Below the pieces are notes generated by a model that saw only the letters and a program-made list of their open reading frames with translations, was not told the origin of the DNA and searched no databases. A stretch of DNA of 64,000 nucleotides, taken from the NCBI GenBank assembly GCA_965285935.1, contig OZ260661.1, positions 79,360,001-79,424,000 on the forward strand, in the 5' to 3' direction. Shown here piece by piece: positions 1 to 11,070 of this stretch (its first letter is position 1; the number at the start of each line of letters is the position of its first letter). The stretch comes from Ophelia neglecta (Eukaryota). A program made the position numbers and the translations under genes.

Positions 1-206
1 CAATGTACGTGTTTTCATGGAAATCCGCGAGCGGACGCAGGCCTAGGTAGAGATGTTTAAAGTTATAGCCAGACTATATACATTGCTACCAAAAGTTTAA
101 ACTAGAAATGGATATTACCCACCCTTGGGCATCTATAGTTTTCTAGGCTAATTGTCTTTATAGGAACCTTAGATTCATAGCTTCTTTCATCAAAAACGGC
201 CCATCA

Positions 207-240
207 ATGTATGTATGTATAAATTTATGTATGTATGTAT
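207..240. repeat. (TATG)n microsatellite, interrupted
   Basis: atgtatgtatgtat-aaattt-atgtatgtatgtat read directly. Confidence 0.85.
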
Positions 241-830
241 TCACTGCGGCGGTAGCTAGGCGTTCGCGATTCTAAAGAGAGACCAAACAATTCCCTACAA
301 ATACGCAATCCGGCCAAGCAAGCGTTGCTCCATTTTAATCCCTTTCTGAAAACGCCTAATTGGTCACCACTTTTAATTATTTACGTGAATAGTCAACTCG
401 GTCGGGTTGGTCTATTCAATATCTTTCATTAGGTCCATTTTTACAACGTCCATTTTGATTCCAAGTTGGAGCCATTCCCCCTATGTTTTACCGTTACCCT
501 CACTGAGTCCCTTTGCCTTACCTTACATGATACATAAACCTTACCTCTGCCTACCGTGTCCTTGTCCTACCTTGTCCTTTATTTGTGTTTATTTGCTCAG
601 TTTCTATGTTTTTACCTATGTTTATTTTGTTTTCCTATTCTTTGGTCATATGCCACCATCCAGTCTCTATTCTTTCCTCATTCTGACTTATATTCTTGCT
701 TATAGTCTCTTGACCCATAGTCTTTTGCTTATACACTTGTTTTAAATCTTCTTTGCTATTTACTCTTGTTTCATCTGTGTTTCCTGTTTATTATTTTGTA
801 ATCGCTCCTGCTTCATTATACTATGGCTTA

Positions 831-3800
831 CTTACATCCAATCTTTTCTGGCACCATTGTACTACGGCACACTAACATCCGATCACTTCTAGCACCATTG
901 TACTACAGCACACTAACATCCGATCACTTCAAGTTTCATTTTACGACAGCACACTATCATCCGTTCACTTCTAGCACCACTGTACTACAGCACACTAACA
1001 TCCGATCACTTCTAGCACCATTGTACTACAGCACACTAACATCCGATCACTTCTAGCACCATTGTACTACAGCACACTAACATCCGATCACTTCTAGCAC
1101 CACTGTACTACAGCACACTAACATCCGATCACTTCTAGCACCACTGTACTACAGCACTCTAACATCCGATCACTTCTAGCACCACTGTACTACAGCACAC
1201 TAACATCCGATCACTTCTAGCACCATTGTACTACAGCACACTAACATCCGATCACTTCTAGCACCACTGCACCACAGCACACTAACATCCGATCACTTCT
1301 AGCACCATTGTACTACAGCACACTAATATTCGATCACTTCTAGCACCACTGTACTACAGCACACTAACATCCGATCACTTCTAGCACCACTGTACTACAG
1401 CACACTAACATCTGATCACTTCTAGCACCATTGTACTACAGCACACTAACATCCGATCACTTCTAGCACCATTGTACTACAGCACACTAACATCCGATCA
1501 CTTCTAGCACCATTGTACTACAGCACACTAACATCCGATCACTTCTAGCACCACTGTACTACAGAACACTAACATCCGATCACTTCTACCATCAGTGAAC
1601 TACAGCACACTAAAATCCGATCACTTCTAGCACCATTGTACTACAGCACACTAACATCCGATCACTTCTAGCACCACTGTACCACAGCACACTAACATCC
1701 GATCACTTCTAGCACCATTGTACTACAGCACACTAACATCCGATCGCTTCTAGCACCACTATTCTAGCACCACTGTACTACAGAACACTAACATCCGATC
1801 ACTTCTACCATCAGTGAACTACAGCACACTAAAATCCGATCACTTCTAGCACCATTGTACTACAGCACACTAACATCCGATCACTTCTAGCACCACTGCA
1901 CCACAGCACACTAACATCCGATCACTTCTAGCACCATTGTACTACAGCACACTAATATTCGATCACTTCTAGCACCACTGTACTACAGCACACTAACATC
2001 CGATCACTTCTAGCACCACTGTACTACAGCACACTAACATCTGATCACTTCTAGCACCATTGTACTACAGCACACTAACATCCGATCACTTCTAGCACCA
2101 TTGTACTACAGCACACTAACATCCGATCACTTCTAGCACCATTGTACTACAGCACACTAACATCCGATCACTTCTAGCACCACTGTACTACAGAACACTA
2201 ACATCCGATCACTTCTACCATCAGTGAACTACAGCACACTAAAATCCGATCACTTCTAGCACCATTGTACTACAGCACACTAACATCCGATCACTTCTAG
2301 CACCACTGTACCACAGCACACAAACATCCGATCACTTCTAGCACCAGTGTACTACAGCACACTAACATCCGATCACTTCTAGCACCACTGTACTACAGCA
2401 CACTAACATCTGATCACTTCTAGCACCACTGTACTACAGCACTCTAACATCCGATCACTTCTAGCACCATTGTACTACAGCACACTAACATCCGATCACT
2501 TCTAGCACCACTGTACTACAGTACACTAACATCCGATCACTTCTAGCACCATTGTACTACAGCACACTAAAATCCGATCACTTCTAGCACCATTGTACTA
2601 CAGCACACTAACATCCGATCACTTCACGTTCCATTGTACGACAGCACACTATCATCCGATCACTTCTAGCACCACTGTACCACAGCACACTAACATCCGA
2701 TCACTTCTAGCACCACTGCACTACAGCACACTAACATCCGATCACTTCTAGCACCATTGTACTACAGCACACTAACATTCGATCACTTCTAGCACCACTG
2801 TACTACAGCACACTAACATCCGATCACTTCTAGCACCATTGTACTACAGCACACTAACATCCGATCACTTCAAGTTCCATTGTACGACAGCACACTATCA
2901 TCCGATCACTTCTAGCACCACTGTACCACAGCACACTAACATCCGATCACTTCTAGCACCACTGCACTACAGCACACTAACATCCGATCACTTCTAGCAC
3001 CATTGTACTACAGCACACTAACATTCGATCACTTCTAGCACCACTGTACTACAGCACACTAACATCCGATCACTTCTAGCACCACTGTACTACAGCACAC
3101 TAACATCTGATCACTTCTAGCACCACTGTACTACAGCACTCTAACATCCGATCACTTCTAGCACCATTGTACTACAGCACACTAACATCCGATCACTTCT
3201 AGCACCACTGTACTACAGCACACTAACATCCGATCACTTCTAGCACCACTGCACTACAGCACACTAACATCCGATCACTTCTAGCACCATTGTACTACAG
3301 CACACTAACATTCGATCACTTCTAGCACCACTGTACTACAGCACACTAACATCCGATCACTTCTAGCACCATTGTACTACAGCACACTAACATCCGATCA
3401 CTTCAAGTTCCATTGTACTACAGCACACTAACATCCGATCACTTCTAGCACCACTGTACTACAGCACACTAACATCCGATCACTTCTAGCACCAGCATAC
3501 TACAGCACACTAACATCCGATCACTTCTAGCACCATTGTACTACAGCACACTAACATCCGATCACTTCAAGTTCCATTGTACTACAGCACACTAACATCC
3601 GATCACTTCTAGCACCACTGTACCACAGCACACAAACATCCGATCACTTCTAGCACCAGTGTACTACAGCACACTAACATCTGATCACTTCTAGCACCAT
3701 TGTACTACAGCACACTAACATCCGATCACTTCTAGCACCACTGTACTACAGCACACTAACATCTGATCACTTCTAGCACCACTGTACTACAGCACTCTAA

Positions 3801-4448
3801 CATCCGATCACTTCTAGCACCATTGTACTACAGCACACTAACATCCGATCACTTCTAGCACCACTGTACTACAGTACACTAACATCCGATCACTTCTAGC
3901 ACCATTGTACTACAGCACACTAAAATCCGATCACTTCTAGCACCATTGTACTACAGCACACTAACATCCGATCACTTCACGTTCCATTGTACGACAGCAC
4001 ACTATCATCCGATCACTTCTAGCACCACTGTACCACAGCACACTAACATCCGATCACTTCTAGCACCAGTGTACTACAGCACACTAACATCCGATCACTT
4101 CTAGCACCACTGCACTACAGCACACTAACATCCGATCACTTCTAGCACCATTGTACTACAGCACACTAACATTCGATCACTTCTAGCACCACTGTACTAC
4201 AGCACACTAACATCCGATCACTTCTAGCACCATTGTACTACAGCACACTAACATCCGATCACTTCAAGTTCCATTGTACTACAGCACACTAACATCCGAT
4301 CACTTCTAGCACCACTGTACTACAGCACACTAACATCTGATCACTTCTAGCACCATTGTACTACAGCACACTAACATCTGATTACTTCTAGCACCACTGT
4401 ACTACAGCACACTAACATCCGATCACTTCTAGCACCATTGTACTACAG
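831..4448. repeat. 41-bp tandem satellite, ~88 units, consensus TTCTAGCACCAYTGTACTACAGCACACTAACATCCGATCAC
   Basis: Head-to-tail 41-bp period throughout; degenerate first unit at 831-870; one 14-bp insertion near 1761; recurrent diagnostic variants. Confidence 0.98.
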
Positions 4449-4465
4449 TGTGTGTGTGTATATAT

Positions 4466-4496
<31 letters not shown>
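4448..4496. repeat. (TG)n(TA)n compound microsatellite terminating the satellite
   Basis: Read directly. Confidence 0.95.
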
Positions 4497-5409
4497 CAAC
4501 GGGGAAGGTTAATTTAGAGCTTGGACCCGTACAGCGTTTCGATCGTCGAAGTAATCAAGCTTGAATGTCCTAACCGCAACCGAATGCCATAAACCTTTAG
4601 ATAAACTATCACGGTTGTTCCAGGTCACATTGCCTTTAAGAAAACATGCAGCAAAGCATGTTACAAGAAAAATAACATTAGCATACAAATGGGAAGGCTT
4701 GTCGATTTGAAACAACACTGGGACTAAGTGTAAGTTTTATCCCTGCAGGAGTGCTCTACGCCTAGCATGTACTTATCGCTTTTTTTCCCGCCATGCAACC
4801 GGTGTCGGCTGCTTTCAGGATTTGAAGCTTTGGTTTCGAGCGTGTTAATTAGAAATTTATCAGCATGACCACCATTTTTCACGGTCACCATAGGACACAT
4901 CAGTCTCGGTCAGCAAATTAGCCATTCCCTTAAAGTCATTATGAGATACAGGAGTTGCCATTACCTATTTATGCGATCAAAGGGGTAACTGAATAATATT
5001 AGGATAATGGATGTAATGTGTTTTACCATATTGACCGTTCGACTGTCGAAGCTATATTTTGTTGATAATAAAGAAGAAATATTAAATTTAACCTGAATGG
5101 TGGCATTCTGTTGTACATTTGGGAGATAAGCCGCGAAGCCTTGGTCCTGCGGTCGTCTGATTTTGTACAGGCAGGGCCCTAGCCGCTCTCATATGGATGG
5201 TCTACATGCAGTCTTGCAATAATTAGTAAGAGCTGACATTACAAACATCAATGGAGAAAATGTTTGTGTTTTGTATTCAAGTGGAAGTCGGTTTTTTCAT
5301 CAAGGGGCCAGCTAAACCCAAGTAGAATTCGGTCGGATTGTTTTATTTAAATGTGAATTAAATATAATGTATGAAAAAAACCTGTGAAGATTGGCGGATG
5401 TACCATGTA

Positions 5410-5602
5410 CAGTAAAACCTGTGAATTAAGACCACCCAAGCGACTTGAAAATGCTGGCCTGATTATAGAGGTGGTCTGTTTATACAGGTTGTTTTACATT
5501 GAAAATGTATAATATGATCTTCATATTAGTGGTCTGAATTGACAGGTGATCTGAATTGCCAGGTGGTCTTAATAGAGGTGGTCTTTAAGGTAGGTTTCAC
5601 TG
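5410..5602. mobile_element. Tc1/mariner (pogo/Tigger-type) MITE, 193 bp
   Basis: TA|CAGTAAAACCTGTGAATTAAGACCACC ... GGTGGTCTTTAAGGTAGGTTTCACTG|TA: ~27-bp imperfect TIRs starting CAGT, TA on both flanks, internal GGTGGTC subrepeats. Confidence 0.88.
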
Positions 5603-7140
5603 TATATACTATTGGGAACATGGTAAAAAGTATGTAGGCCATTGAGCTTAACTCAAAGCATTAAATGTTATTTTTGAGGGCGCATCAGGCAAATTGTCGC
5701 CCGCTCCGCTAAAGAGCTCCTGGTCAACCTTATTTTATTTCGTTTTTTTTAACGAATTTTCCTCCGAAAGACGTATCTTACATAGTTGTCACCTCATATG
5801 ATAATTTGTTATACAGTTAATGTGATACATACACTTAACATAACGGGAAAATGATGGAACGTCTCGTAGGGCAGATCTCAAGGGAATATAAGAGTGCTTA
5901 GAAACGGAAGAATATCCAGAATGATAGGAACAATGCAAATTTCTCACTTTTTTACGTCAAAAAATGAAAATAAAAAAGCAACAATTAAAATAAAAACCGT
6001 CTGCTTGCATCTACCACATAGATAAAAGTCGGGAAGAGAACATAAAGTTTATCATTACAGGCCTAACATATGCCCAGCCGCTATAAATATTGACCAGATT
6101 TAGCTGAGAAACTCGTTCGACCACGTCTGTGGGACCTTCATCTTTGTATTTCACTCGGTGCTTCCTCAGTATAGATGTATACTTGTTGAAATGTGCAGTT
6201 CTATGCTCGTTGCTACAAGCAACTGAGTGGAGAAGCAAAGTCTCTGTCGATTTTACCCCTGTGGTTCTAGCCTATGCTGTATGATGAATCGAGTAATCTT
6301 AAGTCACAATAACCGCCGACACGTTCTGTTTCTCATACTTGAGAGATGCTGAGCGGCTAAAAGGAACTCCAATCTTGGCGTCCAAGTGACCCTGGGGGGC
6401 ATTACAAGGCAGCGAACTGTTGAACAAATGTTTATATATTGCTTCTAACGTCGAGACAAAGAAGCGAGGTACCATGAGAGTCAATGATGTGGAAGAGTGT
6501 TAGTCCATCGGCCATCCACACGATCAGAGAATTACACTGATAACATTTAACCGGCTACATCTCGGAAAACTGGGGGCGACATTGTCAGCATATTAACGCC
6601 ACGAAACACGTTTTATTAACCCGAAAGGCAACGCTTTAGTCTATCTTCTATCGCTTGGCCACCACTAAACAATTGCTGTAATCAAGTGTACGTAATTTAT
6701 GAACATTTTACCAGATCTGCGACCAAACCAATAGTATCATTCGATATCGTTCGATCAATACATCTGCGGGTATTCCTTGGACATGGTTTCACATTCAAGC
6801 CACATAGGCCGGCATGGACATGTAATATCTTCTGAGCTATATATATGGGACAAGTCTGCAGCAGACGAGAATCTGTTAAAAAACAGGGAGAATAAGCAGG
6901 CACTTAACACGCAAGTGTCTGACTAAGATGGTCTCTGAGGGCACGATATTGCGAAGCAAGAAAGTGAATAGCCAGAGGTGTATTTATGAACCAAGCGACA
7001 GAGCTCCGTTGTTATTACTTTTTTTTATATCAAATTGAAATAAAAATCAAAGATAATTCAAAACAAGATTGCTAACTAAGAACAGTGGAAAATATTCCCC
7101 AGTAACAAGGTTATGAGATTAGGGCAGGACACAAATGTAT

Positions 7141-7215
7141 AAATAACAATAATAATAATAATAATGATAATATAATGATCATAATAATAATAATAATAAC
7201 TCTTATTATCATTAT
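7141..7215. repeat. (AAT)n microsatellite
   Basis: Read directly. Confidence 0.9.
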
Positions 7216-8477
7216 ATACCACATTTTTCGAGAGGTTTCTACATTCTCTGTTCGGTCTATATTCCAGTTATAATAGGATTCAAGAAGCTACATGATATCT
7301 GTTTTATTTCTATGTAAACGAGCTTCCAAATTAATAAAATCTTATACCATTGTTACACAGTAGTGAATGGACCAACAGTTAGTATGAACAGAGCTGGTTA
7401 GCATTTTAATAGTGTGTAGTTTAGCGGTACTCTTCCAGTGTGTCTATTATAAGATTGTTTGTTGACTCATACTTAACATCGCAGCTGAATTAATACATTT
7501 GCTAATCCCTTGTTGATTTCAACAACAAGAGCGGTCAGTATAAACAGCCAGCGCCTCCCCTTTCCGTTGACTATAACCACGGCCTTCAGCTGAAGAATTT
7601 ACATCTCCCTCTCACAGTGCATTGAGTTTTAAACTTGTAAACAATCCTGGGTGCATTAAGCTTTCAGGGGACGGGCATGAAAGGAAATCTTAGACTAAAT
7701 GGATTCCTGGTTCACGGTTCACATGTTGATGTTACTATAAATGTTCTCTGTTCCTCACTGTAGCGATTTACGGAGAAACGAGGAATGGCCAAGTTTGAAA
7801 CAGCGGACAACTGTAAGAAAACTCAACCATATACTCTCTAATATTTCTTTATGTCTACGCTCGTGTACTAACTTGAGGCCTAAATGTAGCCTGATATTTA
7901 AGAGTATTGACTTGCACGTCTGAATATTCCTATGGAATTAACACTAGCTGCCTTTACCTCCATGGGGTCTTGTTTAAAGTCAAATAAGCGAATAGATTTC
8001 AATCTATGCATTTTCTAATTTGAAGCTATGACAAAAGAAAAAAGCATAGGCCTGCTAAGCCCTACATATATACAGTATATATACATGTATATGAATCCTA
8101 AAAGGAGAAACTGGCAGAATCTTCTAATTAGCAAAGCGAAGATACACATTTTGAACCACTGTCTATAAGTCATCGCAAACTTGTTAATATTTGAGTATAA
8201 CTGATTCTGTAACTTCATTTTACCGCATCCAAAATGCTTTCTTCTACGTAAGGTATAGGAAATATTTCTTTTCTTTTTTTGTATTTTCCTTTTTGTACTA
8301 AACTTAATGATTTGTCTGTTAAAGTGGTGCTAATCAAAAGATAAATTGGCACAGCATTCATAATGATATCTTAAATGTTTATCGATTTGTCAATTTTAGG
8401 TAAGGGCCGGGTGTCTTTTAGCAATGATCAGTAACTTTTATTGTTGTTTTTTTGGCGAAAAGTGATTACTGAGGGAA

Positions 8478-8750
8478 TGTGCGTTCGGACTAGACTTTAT
8501 GATCTAGGTGTTCTGATTAGAATAATGTCCTATGCGTTCTGATAAGACTTATGTTCTCTATGTTCTGATAAGACTCATGTTATACGTGATCTGATTAGAC
8601 TGATGTTCTATATGTTCTGATTAGACTTATGTTCTATGTGTTTTGATTAGACTGTTGTTCTATGTGTTTTGATTAGACTGTTGTTCTATGTGTTCTGATT
8701 AGACTGATGATTTGTGTGTTCCGATAAGACTAATGTTCTATGTGTTCTCA
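8478..8750. repeat. 26-bp minisatellite, ~10 units (CTGATTAGACTKATGTTCTATGTGTT)
   Basis: 26-bp periodicity of GATTAGACT...GTTCTATG. Confidence 0.92.
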
Positions 8751-9109
8751 TTTGAAAGAGAAGTGTTCATGAAATCATAGACAAACACATATTTTAAGAT
8801 ATTAGGATGTAAATCTCTAGTTTTATCTCTTTCTGTTTATTTGAATTATGCATGACAAAAATCACCAAATGCTTTAGTCACATGCATTGACTTGCAAAAT
8901 AAATGTGTGTATGTCGTTAATACTACGCGTGAGTAAGCTTCGGGGATGGTACGAATGCCCCCGTCTATCCTCTCAGCCATCTCTCAGTTGAGCTATCCGC
9001 CTACCCCCCCCCCCCCCCTCCCTCGCAGACCGCCGGGCTTGTAAATAATTCTAACCAATTTGAATACACTGCCCATTTGCCAAAGGGATGAAAAGTGACA
9101 CCTATCTTT

Positions 9110-9525
9110 GCATGCCTGTCGGACTCCAGGTCAAGTCATGACCTATATTATAATAGTGCAGGTCATCCCTGTCAGATCCGCGACATGACCTATATAACAG
9201 GTCATTCCTGTCAGACATCTTGTCCGAGTCATGAACCCGTGTCCTAATCATAACCTTTAACCCTGGTCATCTCTGCTGGACTCCACGTCCGAAGTGTATC
9301 CTAGTCCTGGTGTCCCTAGCTGACGTCATGTCCGAGTCATGTCCTATCCCTACCTGACGTCATGTCCGAGTCATGTCCTATCCCTACCTGACGTCATGTC
9401 CGAGTCATGTCCTATCCCTACCTGACGTCATGTCCGAGTCATGTCCGTTAGTGCTGGTTATTCCTATCGGACTTCATGTTCGAGGCAGTGTCCTATTGTC
9501 CTGGTTATCCCCGTTGAATTCCAAG
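9110..9525. repeat. Minisatellite: perfect 34-bp core (9320-9446, ~3.7 units, each with TGACGTCA) inside degenerate ~45-bp units
   Basis: TGACGTCA at 9321, 9355, 9389, 9423; flanking related GGTCATCCCTGTC.GAC..CATGTCCGAGTCATG units. Confidence 0.9.
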
Positions 9526-10189
9526 ACGTTTTTATTCATAACTACAAGAGCTTCATGCTGTCTACTAAGACAATAAGTCTATACCCTAGACCTACAAAAC
9601 ATGCGAAATAAAATATCATGATCCTAAGAGTTGTTGGGAACCATTTGGCTTATAATTGTCTCTGAAGCTTGGGAATCTGCAGCAAGTGTAATATGAAATA
9701 CCTGTGAACAAAAGGTTTGTCAAATCCACTGGCAAAACCCGAGTTGGAGTGGCAAGAAAAGCTTTCTGCAATGCCGGCTGTCTGAAAAACTCGACGGTCT
9801 CTACATTTATTCTTGGGTAGGTATTTTTTGGTGCTTCGCAGAATTGGCTAGTAGTGGATTCTCTGCTACTTCCGTCTGTTCACGACGCATATTTGACTAA
9901 ACGACTTACAAGCATCAAGATTAATTTACTATAGAACTATAACACCATAGACCGATGTCTCGGCCAGAAACATGTTATATCACTACGTCTAGAAGGATAG
10001 TCTAAATCAAACAACTGTGCAATGTTTTTAAATAATTAAGTATACTTTACATTAGATATATACTTATATCTAAGTATTGATACAATTGAATTAGAACTCA
10101 TTTACAATAATCCTTCTTAATAGTGGTAGACAGGGCAATCCGCCCTGATTCTGTACCGTGGCGTGAGATAACTTTCAAATTTTGGTTCA

Positions 10190-10560
10190 GTTTGAACATT
10201 GGTTATTTCCCTTCAGTCTATGTTTTTTTTTTGTAACGTACACCCTGGTTTCGATTACTTTGCCACTACGGATCATGATTTAGATCACCCCAACTTCTGC
10301 AAAAGAGGGCAGGGAGGAGTTGCCATTCTGCGGAGCAAAACTTGTCTCTTAGAGGAGAAACAAATCCCACTTCGCCTGACAGAATTGTATCGATTCAACT
10401 AGAAACAAGCAAAATACAACCCTCGAGTTACTAAATACTTACCCTCCAGTAATCACGCCTTTAAAGTAATCACCTCTAGATAAAACAATCCCAGTAAGTT
10501 CTATATAAAACAGGCCAAAAGCATTGATATTAAGTATATCATAATGGGGGACACGGAAAC
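10190..10560 (+). mobile_element. Non-LTR retrotransposon AP-endonuclease domain remnant (frameshifted)
   Basis: Motifs in the expected order across frames: EHWLFPFSL, VHPGFDYFA..D.DLD, RGQGGVAIL, YLPSSNH, YIIMGD. Confidence 0.8.
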
Positions 10561-10692
10561 TTTGTGAAAATATACACTTTTAAGTTCGAGTAACAGCGCC
10601 TGGGTCCAAATACTGTTTCTATTAATTTCTGGAATCTTACAATCTTCCTGCACCAACTGGTTTATATCTATTGCCTGCCCCGGAACTGAATA

Positions 10693-10792
10693 TGGGGCCC
10701 AGCCAACCAGGAAAAAATAAGGCCTCTGAGGTGTTTACACACTCCTGCAGCACGCTTTATGTAGACTTCATTGTCCGGTTGACTGGGCCCCA
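10693..10792. repeat. 100-bp element bounded by 16-bp inverted repeats (possible small MITE)
   Basis: TGGGGCCCAGCCAACC (10693-10708) vs GGTTGACTGGGCCCCA (10777-10792), 15/16 complementary; no clear TSD. Confidence 0.6.
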
Positions 10793-10899
10793 CGTGTAGC
10801 CGACGGACTCGTCAAAAAACATCTAGACTCTCTGTTGATGATGTTAGCTTTGCGAAGAGAAAGAGAAATCATATCAATAGCTAAATTGGCTTCTAAGTA

Positions 10900-11070
10900 T
10901 TGGATTATATGCCCATCACGTTAACCCTAGTCAAGGCCAATTATGACCAGTACTAAATTGGGATTAATGGAATAGGGTTGGATTATTAAATGACTGAATA
11001 TATTGTAGATCATTTTGTTACTTTAATCGACACTAATCCTTGATAGTTCATGATTGGATTAATCCGCCCC
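10900..11070. promoter_or_regulatory. Cluster of six K50-homeodomain sites (GGATTA/TAATCC); candidate enhancer
   Basis: GGATTA at 10902, 10961, 10980, 11056; TAATCC at 11034, 11060; P3-like TGATTGGATTA at 11051. Confidence 0.45.

Noticed and set aside
407-1056. ORFs 407-745 and 823-1056 as genes
   Set aside because: T-rich low-complexity sequence and satellite read-through; no domain or splice support
831-4448. CRISPR array (also considered for the 34-, 39- and 40-bp arrays)
   Set aside because: Units are head-to-tail with no unique spacers; no cas genes; eukaryotic context
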